A stretch of 64,000 bases of DNA, from positions 62,001 through 126,000 of IMG/VR virus record IMGVR_UViG_3300042350_002797, one strand, 5' to 3'. The notes beneath the pieces were generated by a model. It did no database searches, was not told the DNA's origin, and saw only the letters and a program-made list of their open reading frames with translations. This document shows, piece after piece, positions 1 through 10,501 of the stretch. Made by a program: the position numbers and the translations under genes. Position 1 is the stretch's first letter, and the number at the start of each line of letters is the position of its first letter.

Positions 1-77
1 TGTTCTAAATCATTTTCTGACGGCCCGACTATGGTGTCGTTTTTCGTACTAACTAACGTTCTTAATGATGTAGGCAT
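1..77 (-). CDS. Partial CDS, N-terminus only (MPTSLRTLVSTKNDTIVGPSENDLE...), running off the window edge
   Basis: ATG at 77-75, 12 nt downstream of the previous stop; frame open to position 1; not in the ORF track. Confidence 0.6.
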   Translation of the reverse strand, partial: MPTSLRTLVSTKNDTIVGPSENDLE

Positions 78-89
78 TTCTTTTTCCGA

Positions 90-422
90 TTAAGCAGATG
101 CCACTATCCAACCATATGTTGCACCACTATAGATAAGTGTAACAATAGCGCCATTAGTATCAATAGTTAAGTCATCCGATACGTTTTGAATTTTAGCACC
201 ATTTCGCCCTACTGTAATATTGTTTGTGCCTGCTGTTGCGGACACATCTATAATTTGTATAGTGTCGTTGACTAGTACACCACCTACTGCTGGCAATGTT
301 ATGGTAATTGCACCAGATGTTGTATTGCATAATACTCTATCATTAACTACTGCACTATAATTCGTAGATGTTTCACGAAAGGTTGCCGATGCTGTTCCAG
401 TAGTTGTAATATATCTTCCCAT
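90..422 (-). CDS. Small virion structural protein (T4 gp9/gp10-like beta domain)
   Basis: Motif CNTTSGAITITLPA...DTIQIID...NNITVGRNG.KI...LIY...W typical of phage baseplate/fibre domains; lies in the structural operon. Confidence 0.6.
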   Translation of the reverse strand: MGRYITTTGTASATFRETSTNYSAVVNDRVLCNTTSGAITITLPAVGGVLVNDTIQIIDVSATAGTNNITVGRNGAKIQNVSDDLTIDTNGAIVTLIYSGATYGWIVASA

Positions 423-442
423 TTATTTCCCCTGACTGATTA

Positions 443-763
443 TCATGTTGTTAAAGTTTCTATGCCGTATGCCATTGCACTTACGTTTGCAACAGATGAT
501 CTGACAACGACTAATTTGTTAGCATCTATAACTATTCCTGAACGTTCTAGAACTCCTTTTGCACCAACTTCTGTATCATATTCGATATATTCTGCATCTG
601 TTGGCGTAGAAGATGATGCTACTGCTAATCTTATTAGCGCAGGAACGTTACCTCTATTACAAACCGATACTGTAACAACCGAAAATGTGCTAGCCGGAAC
701 AGTGTATAAAGTTGCATCTGTAGCTGCTGTTAAATTTGCTGTTCCTAATCTTCCTGTAGCCAT
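443..763 (-). CDS. Small virion protein, about 110-aa beta-sandwich family (paralogue 1 of 3)
   Basis: LYTVP...VSVCN...LERSGIVI...LVV pattern shared with 10866-11195 and 18289-18624. Confidence 0.65.
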   Translation of the reverse strand: MATGRLGTANLTAATDATLYTVPASTFSVVTVSVCNRGNVPALIRLAVASSSTPTDAEYIEYDTEVGAKGVLERSGIVIDANKLVVVRSSVANVSAMAYGIETLTT

Positions 764-774
764 TTAAATCTCCG

Positions 775-3700
775 TTAATTAAATAAGGTGTGTGCAAGAA
801 TATATCCGTCAACGCCGCTTTTAAAATTCATCTTAGTATTTATATTTATTTGGGCACCGGTGGTTGTTGTGATAGTATCACCAGAAATAAACACAATTCC
901 TGCTGTTACACTATTTACGTTCAACGAACTAGCTCCGCTACCAATTTGAGCACTAATATAAGCTTTAATTGCTCTTTGAGTTGGTACAATAGCATCACTA
1001 TCTGCTGTAAAGAATGGATCTGTGCTAAATTCGCTGATAGCTGCGCCGCCTCCACCTAGAGCTACTGATCCTAACTGTAATTCTTGCAAGCCTGCTATAC
1101 TAAATGCATCAGCATTTAATGTAGCTATACCTGTGCTTTGTTCTACGCTAAAAATGTCGCCGACTCTAAAATTACCATCTTGATCGGTACTAGTATAAAA
1201 TACTCTACCGCCACCAAATTCATTAATTTCTTTAGTAGGGTCAGGATCAATTAATGGAGTATCAGGATAATTGGTGTTGGCAAAGTTACCTGTTCCAATA
1301 TCTAAGAAGTCGTGTCCTGTTAATCGAACCTGACTATAACGAATTCTAATTTCGGTAGTTTCTTCGTGTTCAGGCGATTCTGCTACACCTAATCCTGGGC
1401 TTAATTGCAAGACCGCAGAATAATAATCTCCTTGTTGAGTGAGTTGTGATACACTGACTAGCTTGTATACTACGTCATTGATGCCAGTGATTCTAACATT
1501 AGATCCTGCTTTTGGAATTCCTGTTAATCGTTTGAAAGCTATGTATGTACCTGTCTGATATAAGTCTGCATATCCGTTACCAGTCACTGTTGCCGAAGCA
1601 GTTACATAATTTGTTCCTCTATTAGTAAATGTTGGATTGGCTAACACTCCTTTGCCTTTTCTAACTTGTGTGCTCGCTTCGCTGATATTATTAGGATCAA
1701 CAATAGTCATAGTAGGGGCACTTGCATATCCTGAGCCTGGTTCAATTATTCTAATAGATGTAATTTTTTCATCATTTACAACTGCTCTAGCCTTAGTAGT
1801 AGATCCAGTTAATACACTCGATGCTACTGTACCTGCTGCGCCAGCTTGAACTGCGGCCCAGACGCCAGTTTCATTTGAATTTCCAAAAGTAATTGCACTA
1901 TATCCGTTAGCACTGGTACTCATTGTGCGTGTAGTCCAGTTAATACCATCTTCTGATGTTGCTGCGGCAGTTGTACTACTCACAGCAAAGAACACACCTT
2001 GGCCGTATGCAACATTGGTGTAGCTTGCACTAGGAACTGTCATTGTGCCCCATGTTGTTCCGTTATTGCTATATGCAGCAGATGTTCCGCTAGAAGGAAT
2101 AGCTACAAATTTATTTTTTCCGTATGTTACAGATACATAATTTCCACTAGCAATAGTTCGTGAAGTCCAAGTTGTTCCGTTACTAGAGCTTGCTGCTACA
2201 GTACCAGATGCTGCTACTGCTACAAATAGTCCAGCTCCATATGTAACATCATTCCAGGTTGCACTAGGAAGTCCTGTCATTGGAGTCCAAGTAGCACCGT
2301 CGTCAGTGCTGTAAGCTGCCGTGGTAGTTGTGCCGATTGCAACAAATCTTCCATTACCGTAAGTTATGTTGGTCCAAGTTCCTGCAGGTAATGCACCACC
2401 CGATGTCCATGACACACCGCCATTTACAGTTTTTGCAGTTTGTGTGCCCGCAGTGTTAATGGCGATCCATGTAGAAGTATTTTTTCCGTAGGCAATTTTC
2501 CAAGTACCCGAAACTGGAAGAGCACCACCTGATTGCCATACTGTACCATTTACTGAATATGCTGAAGCTGTACTTGCCGATGTTACTGCTACATATCTTC
2601 CTGCTTCAGCAATACCTTCAAATTCAAATACGTTTACACCACCAGTTACAGTTTTAAGTACAGTTATGGTTATGTCATTGGCTGGACTTGATGCATTTAA
2701 GCTGGTTCCTGGTATCGTCAAGACATCATCGGTTTGATATCCTGTTCCTGGAGAAGCAAGAGTTACTCCGTAATAGTTACCAGATTTTAAAACTGTGAAT
2801 TGTGCTCCAACTCCAGATCCATTTATGGCCGCAACGTTTGTGAATGTAGTAGAATAGTTTCCAAACACTACATCATTCCAAGCAGCACTAGGTAGTGTTC
2901 TTGCTGTAGAAGCGAATCCTGGTCCGGTAAATGTTAATCTTGGTTCTATCTGATAAGACGTAGTAACATCTAAATTGTTAGTTACAGTAGTGCCTGGAGC
3001 TATATGATCCCATCCTGCTGCATATAACGAAACACTTTGACCTGTAGTGGTAGTCAAGACTACTGCACTACCACCTGGGCTTGTGCTTACTGTAAATTGA
3101 GTACTTGTGAATCCTGAACGTACATAATATAAGGTGTTAGCAGTCAATCCGCCAACATTTGATCCTACATAGACAGGCATATCGTTATATAAAGTTTCGG
3201 TACTAGCTACAGTAATTAAATTTGTAGTTACTGTAGTATCAGTAATTGTTAATGTTGTAAAACTTTCTTTATATATTAATGCTACTTTAGTTCCAGAGTT
3301 ATAATTTAAAATTACAGCTTCTTGTCCGCATCCTGATCCTGCATTAAGAACTATTTTCATTCCAGTATATGCACTGCTAATAGCAGTGTCTGTGTTTGCG
3401 ATAGTTATTTGGCCAATACTACCACTTTGAGCGGCATTACTTACATAGACATAACCATCGCCACCAATACCTGAACTATCTCCTGGATCAGTTAATCTTA
3501 CTTCATAAACTGCATCATCTCTAAATTCGTCAGCTAATGCAGCAGCATTAAGACCTGTACCAGAAATAGTGTAGGTAGCACTATTATACATTACACCGGC
3601 ATTAGTATATTCAAGTCGTAATACATTATTTGTACCGTCTGTAAATGCTAGTCCAATTTGTGCTTCAACTGATTTGTTATTAACTAATCCTTGTACTGGT

Positions 3701-6700
3701 GTTTCTGTAACATCAACACCCTCAGCTACAGATCCAAATTTACCATAAGAATTATTACCATTAGTAGCTCGAATCTTGCCGCCTGCTTCTGCGAGATAAG
3801 CAATATGTGCATAATAAGAGAATACGCTAACCAGCTCTGCTCGTCCTAGATTAGTAACCCATGCACCAATACCATCGCTTAATACTTGTGTATAATCATT
3901 AGCTACTATAGAATCATTGCCTCCGTTATGCAGATCGCCATCAACTTTTAATCCTATACAAGCAGTACCAAAAGTAGTAACGTTTTGCACATAAGGACTT
4001 CTTTCTGTGATCCATACACGTTCATCATCAGGACCCCAACCTGGATCTAAGCTAGTGTAGGCACCAGCAGTAGGTCGTTGAGTACCGTAAATATTTGCAG
4101 ATCCTAGCGTACCAGTAAGTCCTGCTAAGGTGCAGTTTCTCACGCCTGTACCGCTTCTTAGATAAAACATATCTATTAACTGAGATCCATTAACTGCATT
4201 AACGTATAAATTAGCGGCAGTTAATGTTCTATAATTGCTGTTGTAAACAATATCCCATTTTATCGCATCTACATATTCTCTAACATCTCGTTTACATGCT
4301 GTTTCATCGTATGTGCCAGCATATAAAGGATAAGTTACGTTAATATATGCTACTGCTTCTTCTGCTAAAAACTCTTTATTGATCTCTAAAATGTTTACAG
4401 CATTGTATACATTTTCTATAGTTGAATAATAATTAGTGCCGGTTAGCACTGGCGCAGAACCTGCTGCATTTATATAATAATCAATATAGTTTTTTGCTGA
4501 TGTGAATAAATTTGCGGCCGCTGTACCTTGTGTTGCAGAAGCTGCTGGTCTTGTTGTGTTTTGATTTAACGGATTGCCTGTGCTTTTTACAATAGCTACA
4601 TTTTGAACAATATTACTGATGATTGACGATAATCGCTGTAATGCAGCCATACTGTAAGTAACATCGCCAGCACTAATAATACTCGATGCTGGTTCTATTC
4701 TTGTTGAGCGTAGTTCATCTCCAACAACTGCTGTATCTTTAGGAACTACCATAGGTAATACTTCATTGAACGTTCCTGTTTTAACATTCAATGTATAATT
4801 AGTTTTTATTTCTGCAAACACACTAGTACTATCATCAACTGCATTTATTGCACCAGTTAACGCAGTCACTAAATTATTTAAAATTGTTTGAGCACCAGAT
4901 TCTTCTGTATAGTTTGTATTAATAACTTGTGTAACAGTACCTTGATATACTGTACCTGGTGCAACATTTGACAATACCGCGTCTATAACTGTATTAGCGT
5001 AATTTATAGATGCAATCGTTTCTTCTTTCTGTCCAAGGAGATAAAATGCACCTGCCTCCGAACCGTAGCTAATTGCTGCTCTTCTAATTGCAGAGTTTCC
5101 TCCATGAGCTAAATCGAAAGCCAATGCATCAATGATCAATCCAATATCTCGTTCGCATTTTGCAGAATTATAAGTAAATCCTCCTGCGAACGGAGCAATA
5201 GCTCCTGCAACTTGAGCCGCTATCCATCCTGTTACTTCTTTTTGAATAAATTGTCTATTAATTTCTAATAACCATCTAGCGTTAGGATTTAATGGTCCTC
5301 GTTCGATACGTTGTAGTGCATATTGAACAGTCTTCCAAGGCCTATCTATAGTCACACCATTCAGAGGATTTGGATTATCGTCGCCTGAAGGAGCTACATA
5401 AAATATCTGATTGATTACTCCAAAGTAATTCCATGATGGCTCATCTATAGCATTAACTTTTAACACCATACCTTGATCGCCAATTGGCAATCTAGCTGGT
5501 CCTGCGCCACCGTAGTAGGCAATGTCTCCTTGAGTTGTAAGTACTGCTAATTCGCTGCCTGCTGTAAAAATATTCCAGTAGTCACCTGCTATGTCATTGT
5601 CAGGTCTATTTGGATTAGATGCAGTATGAGCTAGTACACAAATATAGGAGCTAGGTCCAAATTTTACAATATCTCCTAATATATAAAACGTGTTTAATGC
5701 CCATGGTCCAGTCCATCGTTGTCCTGCATTAAGTAATGCCCAGTATGTTGTATTAGGTGGATTATTAGAAAAACTTGCTTCATGGTCTGCTATGGCAAGG
5801 TACACATAAGCACCGTATCTAACTACACTGCCTACTTCATAAAAATTAGGTGCGCCCCAAGCGCCTTGAAATTTAAATCCTGTTACATATAAATCCCAAT
5901 CATCGCTGTTTGTTGTAGGAGTTTGATTAGTATTATTTGTTTTACTAATATAAACATAACCGCCATATGCTACTGTATCGCCTGGTTGATAAACTGCGGA
6001 ACTGTTCCAGCTATCGTCAAATTCTAAGCCTTCTACGAACTGACTCCAATTTCCTTCTGCAAAGGTAGCACTACTGGTATGATAAGTTGTACAGATCCAT
6101 AGGCCAGCGCCGTATTTGACTACGTCATTAATTTTATATCTTACACTAGATCCACTCCATGCGCCTAAGTATTCGATGCCTTTATGTAAAAAATCCCACT
6201 TAGCCTGATCTGCTTCTAAACCTAATGTAGCTGTAGCTGCTGATGTATGATACTCATTACAAATATAAGTAATGCCGCCATACTTTACAATATCATTTAC
6301 TTTATATCTAGTACTAGTGGACCAATTTGTTTTCCAATCAAATGTTTCTGCAAACAAATCCCAATTGCTTTGATCATCTTCTAAACCTAAACTAGCGGTA
6401 GCAGCACTGGTATGGCCAGTATTACAGATATAGATATATCCGCCATACTTTACTATGTCATTTATCTTATAAAATGTAGAAGTAGTCCAAGAGCCTTTCC
6501 AATCTTGTCCATCCGACATTTGATTCCATCTAGTAGGAACATTATTTAAATCTGTGTAAAAATTAGAGTCAGAGGCATGCCCTACGACACAAAGATATGT
6601 TTTTCCGCCGTATCTGACGATATCATCTTTGACGTATGTGGTACTAGCAGCCCAAGTACTTTTCCATACAAATCTAATTCTACCTAGGTTAAATTCAGCC

Positions 6701-6702
6701 AT
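775..6702 (-). CDS. 1975-aa fibre/virion surface protein with 7 N-terminal CBM5/12-like repeats, a beta-helix-like core and an Asp-box (BNR) propeller insert
   Basis: Seven W....Y...D.V.YGG..Y.C...H.S repeats; six SxxGxxW Asp-box motifs; C-terminal VRLTGHDFLDIGTG domain shared with 6753-10469. Confidence 0.75.
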   Translation of the reverse strand: MAEFNLGRIRFVWKSTWAASTTYVKDDIVRYGGKTYLCVVGHASDSNFYTDLNNVPTRWNQMSDGQDWKGSWTTSTFYKINDIVKYGGYIYICNTGHTSAATASLGLEDDQSNWDLFAETFDWKTNWSTSTRYKVNDIVKYGGITYICNEYHTSAATATLGLEADQAKWDFLHKGIEYLGAWSGSSVRYKINDVVKYGAGLWICTTYHTSSATFAEGNWSQFVEGLEFDDSWNSSAVYQPGDTVAYGGYVYISKTNNTNQTPTTNSDDWDLYVTGFKFQGAWGAPNFYEVGSVVRYGAYVYLAIADHEASFSNNPPNTTYWALLNAGQRWTGPWALNTFYILGDIVKFGPSSYICVLAHTASNPNRPDNDIAGDYWNIFTAGSELAVLTTQGDIAYYGGAGPARLPIGDQGMVLKVNAIDEPSWNYFGVINQIFYVAPSGDDNPNPLNGVTIDRPWKTVQYALQRIERGPLNPNARWLLEINRQFIQKEVTGWIAAQVAGAIAPFAGGFTYNSAKCERDIGLIIDALAFDLAHGGNSAIRRAAISYGSEAGAFYLLGQKEETIASINYANTVIDAVLSNVAPGTVYQGTVTQVINTNYTEESGAQTILNNLVTALTGAINAVDDSTSVFAEIKTNYTLNVKTGTFNEVLPMVVPKDTAVVGDELRSTRIEPASSIISAGDVTYSMAALQRLSSIISNIVQNVAIVKSTGNPLNQNTTRPAASATQGTAAANLFTSAKNYIDYYINAAGSAPVLTGTNYYSTIENVYNAVNILEINKEFLAEEAVAYINVTYPLYAGTYDETACKRDVREYVDAIKWDIVYNSNYRTLTAANLYVNAVNGSQLIDMFYLRSGTGVRNCTLAGLTGTLGSANIYGTQRPTAGAYTSLDPGWGPDDERVWITERSPYVQNVTTFGTACIGLKVDGDLHNGGNDSIVANDYTQVLSDGIGAWVTNLGRAELVSVFSYYAHIAYLAEAGGKIRATNGNNSYGKFGSVAEGVDVTETPVQGLVNNKSVEAQIGLAFTDGTNNVLRLEYTNAGVMYNSATYTISGTGLNAAALADEFRDDAVYEVRLTDPGDSSGIGGDGYVYVSNAAQSGSIGQITIANTDTAISSAYTGMKIVLNAGSGCGQEAVILNYNSGTKVALIYKESFTTLTITDTTVTTNLITVASTETLYNDMPVYVGSNVGGLTANTLYYVRSGFTSTQFTVSTSPGGSAVVLTTTTGQSVSLYAAGWDHIAPGTTVTNNLDVTTSYQIEPRLTFTGPGFASTARTLPSAAWNDVVFGNYSTTFTNVAAINGSGVGAQFTVLKSGNYYGVTLASPGTGYQTDDVLTIPGTSLNASSPANDITITVLKTVTGGVNVFEFEGIAEAGRYVAVTSASTASAYSVNGTVWQSGGALPVSGTWKIAYGKNTSTWIAINTAGTQTAKTVNGGVSWTSGGALPAGTWTNITYGNGRFVAIGTTTTAAYSTDDGATWTPMTGLPSATWNDVTYGAGLFVAVAASGTVAASSSNGTTWTSRTIASGNYVSVTYGKNKFVAIPSSGTSAAYSNNGTTWGTMTVPSASYTNVAYGQGVFFAVSSTTAAATSEDGINWTTRTMSTSANGYSAITFGNSNETGVWAAVQAGAAGTVASSVLTGSTTKARAVVNDEKITSIRIIEPGSGYASAPTMTIVDPNNISEASTQVRKGKGVLANPTFTNRGTNYVTASATVTGNGYADLYQTGTYIAFKRLTGIPKAGSNVRITGINDVVYKLVSVSQLTQQGDYYSAVLQLSPGLGVAESPEHEETTEIRIRYSQVRLTGHDFLDIGTGNFANTNYPDTPLIDPDPTKEINEFGGGRVFYTSTDQDGNFRVGDIFSVEQSTGIATLNADAFSIAGLQELQLGSVALGGGGAAISEFSTDPFFTADSDAIVPTQRAIKAYISAQIGSGASSLNVNSVTAGIVFISGDTITTTTGAQININTKMNFKSGVDGYILAHTLFN
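837..844 (-). promoter_or_regulatory. T4-type late promoter TATAAATA inside the 3' end of the 1975-aa gene
   Basis: Exact TATAAATA on the minus strand about 75 nt upstream of the 443-763 start. Confidence 0.5.
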
Positions 6703-6729
6703 TTACTGCTCCGTTATTAATTGATGTTG

Positions 6730-6737
6730 TATTTATT
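6730..6737 (-). promoter_or_regulatory. Late promoter (AATAAATA)
   Basis: In the intergenic gap about 28 nt upstream of ATG 6702. Confidence 0.65.
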
Positions 6738-6752
6738 AGTTTATTTTTATTA

Positions 6753-9700
6753 TCAAGATGGCAGGTCATTTACTACATCTTGGAAGTCGAGACCAGAATC
6801 AAAAGAATGTGAATAAAATGCAAGGGCTAGTGCAGTGCCGTCAATTCCGCCGTTAAATGTTGCTTTAGTATCAAAATTAACCGTGCCGCCTGACACTGTA
6901 GAATTAATTAAATTTGGTCCAATTATAACTTGTCCGGAGGTTAAAATAGTAGTAAACACATCTGAGCCACCACCAGATATTCTTGCTGTAATATATGCTT
7001 TTATGGCTTTTTGTGTAGGAACAATATTGTTAGAGTCTGCTAAGAAAGTCGAATCAGTGCTAAATTCTCTAATAACTGTACCTGTACCTCCTACACTTAC
7101 ACCGCCAAGACTTAATTCTTCTAACCCTCCTAGATTGAATAAACTGGCGCTTATAGTTACCGTACCTGTTGCCTGCTCGACTCTGAATAATTCACCAACT
7201 CTGAAGTTACCGTCTTGATCAGTACTAGTATAAAATACTCTACCGCCACCTGATTCTACAACTTCGTTTTCTGGGGAAACAGTAAAATCAAAATTTTGAT
7301 ATAATTCTGGGTACTGTGTTTGTTGCAGATTGCCTGTGCCGATATCTAAAAAATCATGACCAGTTATTCTGACTTGACTGTATTTTTGTCTTATAATGAT
7401 TGGAGTTTCGTGTTGCGGACTTTCTTCTGTTTCTAGAATAGGAAATATATCCAAGTTAATATTAAAGTTTCCTGTTGATCCTGCTACTGAATTTATTTTA
7501 ACTACTTTATACACTACATCGTTAATACCGTTAATAGATAAATTATCGCCAGGTCCTGGAACTACACTAACTTCCTTAAAATTAACGCTAGCACCTAATT
7601 GAAATTTATCGGCAAATCCGTCGCCCGTTATAGTGACTCTAGTGCTTACGGTTTGATAACTTGTTCCTCTGTTATCCCATGTCACCGGTCCTAATACTCC
7701 ATCGCCAGTTCTTGCTTCTAACACTACATCAACAGTATTATTTGGATCTACAATAGTTACAGTAGGAGCAGAGATATACCCGCTACCACAATCCCATATT
7801 TTGACCATAGCAATTCTACTAGATACAACTTTTACTCTGCCTTTTGCTCTTGTTCCCGAGGGTGGCGCACTAAAAATCACACGTGGTTCTACAATGTATG
7901 TAGTACTAGAATCTAATACTGCTTCAATTGAAAATCCGGCAACATGATCCCATCCTGGCGAGTCGTCTGATTCTTTATAAACTGTAACTTCCTTAGTAAC
8001 ATCATTGTAAGCTTGAATATATCCGTATTGGCCTGTGCCTGTTCCGCTGGTAATAAAAATTCTCATACCAATAAATTGAGCAGTGGTATTAGTGTCATTA
8101 GATGCAAGGGTAATAGTTAAATTGTCCCCAGACTGCGCATTATTACTAGCTAATTTATAATTAGCTCCGCCTATTGTACTGCTATCGCCTGCACCTTTGA
8201 TTCTTACTTCATAGACTGCACCATTTCTGTATACTGGAGTAACTGCTGCTCCTACACCGGCACCAGTAAAATTAAATGTTGCATTAGTATAATTTTGTCC
8301 ACAATGACTATATTCTAAAATTAAAATCTGATCACCTACATTGCCACTTACAGCAGCGTCTACCGTTGCTTCACCTGTCTGATTATCAAATTTTCCTGTA
8401 ATCGGAACTTCGGCTAGTAGAACTCCTTCTGCTACGCAGCCGTATGTACCATACGAGCTATTACCGTTAGTTGCACGAATTTTTCCTCCGTTCTCTGCTA
8501 GGTATCCTATATGACCGTAATATGAAAATACGCTAACTAATTCTGATAAGCCACCGTTGGTTACCCATGCACCAATACCATCGCTAAGAACTTGTGTAAA
8601 ATCATTAGCTACAATAGATCTGTTACCGCCATCGTGAAGGTTACCGTCTACCTTTAGACCAACACATCCTGTACCGAATGTAGTAACATTTTGTACGTAA
8701 GGGCTTCTTGAAGAAATCCAAACAGAGGAATCGATTGTTCCTGTACCAGGATCTAGGCTAACATATGCTCCAGCAGAAGGTCTAGCTGTAAGATATTGAT
8801 TCAGTCCTCCTAAAGATCCGGTCAATCCGCTTAGAGTCATGTTTCTTATACCTGATCCGTTTCTTACATAAAACATATTGTCTTGTTCGTAGCCAGCTGC
8901 TGGCGAAATTGTAGTGCCTCTTAATTCGTCACCTACTAATGCAACGTCTGCAGGGATACTGATTGGCAATATTTCTTCGTAGTATCCTGTTTTGATAAAA
9001 ATTGTAGCAGGTCCTGTAATATTTTCACAGGCATATTTTACAGTTCTCCACGGCGTGTCAATAGTGGTGCCTCTACTTGCACTATCGACTCCTTCTATTG
9101 CAACATAATATACATCTACAATATCAGAAAATAACTCCCAAGTAGCAAGATTATCAACATTTTGTAAAACAGCTCCTTCAGCTCCAATAGGAAGTCGTGT
9201 ACTTTCTATAACTAAAGTTTCTGGATTTTCGCCATATGTATTAATATCACCTAATTCTCTTAGCCTATTAGATTGATTAGCTTCACTTAACAAGGTCCAA
9301 AAGCCAGCAGCAGTAACTTTATCTGGCCTAGTTAAGGTCGCTGAAGTATGTCTTTGTAAACAAATATAAGCAGAGGCTGTAAATGTGGCGATATCATCTA
9401 CTTCATATTGAGTGGAATCAGTCCACCCTGCTCTCCATCTTGTACCTTTATTGACTATTTCCCAATAAGAAGTATTTGTAGGATCGTTAGCTAAAGATGG
9501 CTGAATACAAGCGAAAACAAAGCCGGCGCGGCGTACTACATCACCTATCTGATAACTTACAGCAGCACTGTACTCACCTAACCAATTATATCCTATACTT
9601 AATAATTCCCAGTCAATAGGATTAGTTGACGGAGCAGAGTTTAGGTTAAAAGTCAAAGCAAAGTAACTATATCCTCCGTATTTTACTACGTCTCCGATTT

Positions 9701-10469
9701 GATAACTTGTGCCGGCATCCCAAGTTTGTTCATATTCTAATCCCGGAGCATAAACTGCCCAATTCGCACTGTTAAAAGTTCCGACTGATATGTGTGCAGT
9801 TGTACAAATATATGATGCTGATCCATATTTTACTACATCGTTTAATTTATATCTTGCACTAGGATTAAAATTACCAAGATATTCTATGCCTATATGCACA
9901 ATTTCCCAGTTAGCTATATTATTTTCTAAACCTTGATTAACAGATCCTGCACTAGTATGTGCCGTAGTACACCTATAGACATACGCTCCGTATTTTACAA
10001 TGTCACCTACTCGATAAGGAGTATCTATTTGCCAAACACTTTTCCAGTCTTCAGTTCTAGCATAGATTTCCCATTTAGCTTGATCATTTTCTAATCCGTG
10101 CGTAGATTGATACGAAATTCCTACACCTGGTAATGTAGAACTTGTATGGGGAATTAAACATTTATAAACTGTTCCGCCATACTTAACTAAGTCATTAATA
10201 TTATAAGGTAAATTTGTTTGCCAGTTGCCTGTCCATGTAAATCCATCAGCCATTTGCTCCCATCTAGGAGCAGGTACAGGAGGCACTGTATTTGATTCTA
10301 TCGAAGTTAAATCATTATAAAAACCACCGCCAGATTCTGCTGTGTGCCCAATTAAGCAGACATATGTTTTTGCTCCGTATGCAACAACATCATCTTTGTA
10401 ATATGTTGTTCCTGAGCTCCACTCGCCCTTCCAAGTATATCGTATTCTACCTAATTTAAATTCAGCCAT
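6753..10469 (-). CDS. 1238-aa fibre/virion surface protein, shorter paralogue of 775-6702
   Basis: Same N-terminus (MAEFKLGRIRY vs MAEFNLGRIRF), 7 CBM-like repeats, shared RSPYVQNVTTFGT, VSVFSYY and GHDFLDIGTG blocks. Confidence 0.75.
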   Translation of the reverse strand: MAEFKLGRIRYTWKGEWSSGTTYYKDDVVAYGAKTYVCLIGHTAESGGGFYNDLTSIESNTVPPVPAPRWEQMADGFTWTGNWQTNLPYNINDLVKYGGTVYKCLIPHTSSTLPGVGISYQSTHGLENDQAKWEIYARTEDWKSVWQIDTPYRVGDIVKYGAYVYRCTTAHTSAGSVNQGLENNIANWEIVHIGIEYLGNFNPSARYKLNDVVKYGSASYICTTAHISVGTFNSANWAVYAPGLEYEQTWDAGTSYQIGDVVKYGGYSYFALTFNLNSAPSTNPIDWELLSIGYNWLGEYSAAVSYQIGDVVRRAGFVFACIQPSLANDPTNTSYWEIVNKGTRWRAGWTDSTQYEVDDIATFTASAYICLQRHTSATLTRPDKVTAAGFWTLLSEANQSNRLRELGDINTYGENPETLVIESTRLPIGAEGAVLQNVDNLATWELFSDIVDVYYVAIEGVDSASRGTTIDTPWRTVKYACENITGPATIFIKTGYYEEILPISIPADVALVGDELRGTTISPAAGYEQDNMFYVRNGSGIRNMTLSGLTGSLGGLNQYLTARPSAGAYVSLDPGTGTIDSSVWISSRSPYVQNVTTFGTGCVGLKVDGNLHDGGNRSIVANDFTQVLSDGIGAWVTNGGLSELVSVFSYYGHIGYLAENGGKIRATNGNSSYGTYGCVAEGVLLAEVPITGKFDNQTGEATVDAAVSGNVGDQILILEYSHCGQNYTNATFNFTGAGVGAAVTPVYRNGAVYEVRIKGAGDSSTIGGANYKLASNNAQSGDNLTITLASNDTNTTAQFIGMRIFITSGTGTGQYGYIQAYNDVTKEVTVYKESDDSPGWDHVAGFSIEAVLDSSTTYIVEPRVIFSAPPSGTRAKGRVKVVSSRIAMVKIWDCGSGYISAPTVTIVDPNNTVDVVLEARTGDGVLGPVTWDNRGTSYQTVSTRVTITGDGFADKFQLGASVNFKEVSVVPGPGDNLSINGINDVVYKVVKINSVAGSTGNFNINLDIFPILETEESPQHETPIIIRQKYSQVRITGHDFLDIGTGNLQQTQYPELYQNFDFTVSPENEVVESGGGRVFYTSTDQDGNFRVGELFRVEQATGTVTISASLFNLGGLEELSLGGVSVGGTGTVIREFSTDSTFLADSNNIVPTQKAIKAYITARISGGGSDVFTTILTSGQVIIGPNLINSTVSGGTVNFDTKATFNGGIDGTALALAFYSHSFDSGLDFQDVVNDLPS

Positions 10470-10493
10470 ATTGATTCCAAATAATTTTTCTAA

Positions 10494-10501
10494 TATTTAT
10501 A
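10494..10501 (-). promoter_or_regulatory. Late promoter TATAAATA
   Basis: Exact consensus overlapping the stop of 10497-10856, 25 nt upstream of ATG 10469. Confidence 0.7.
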
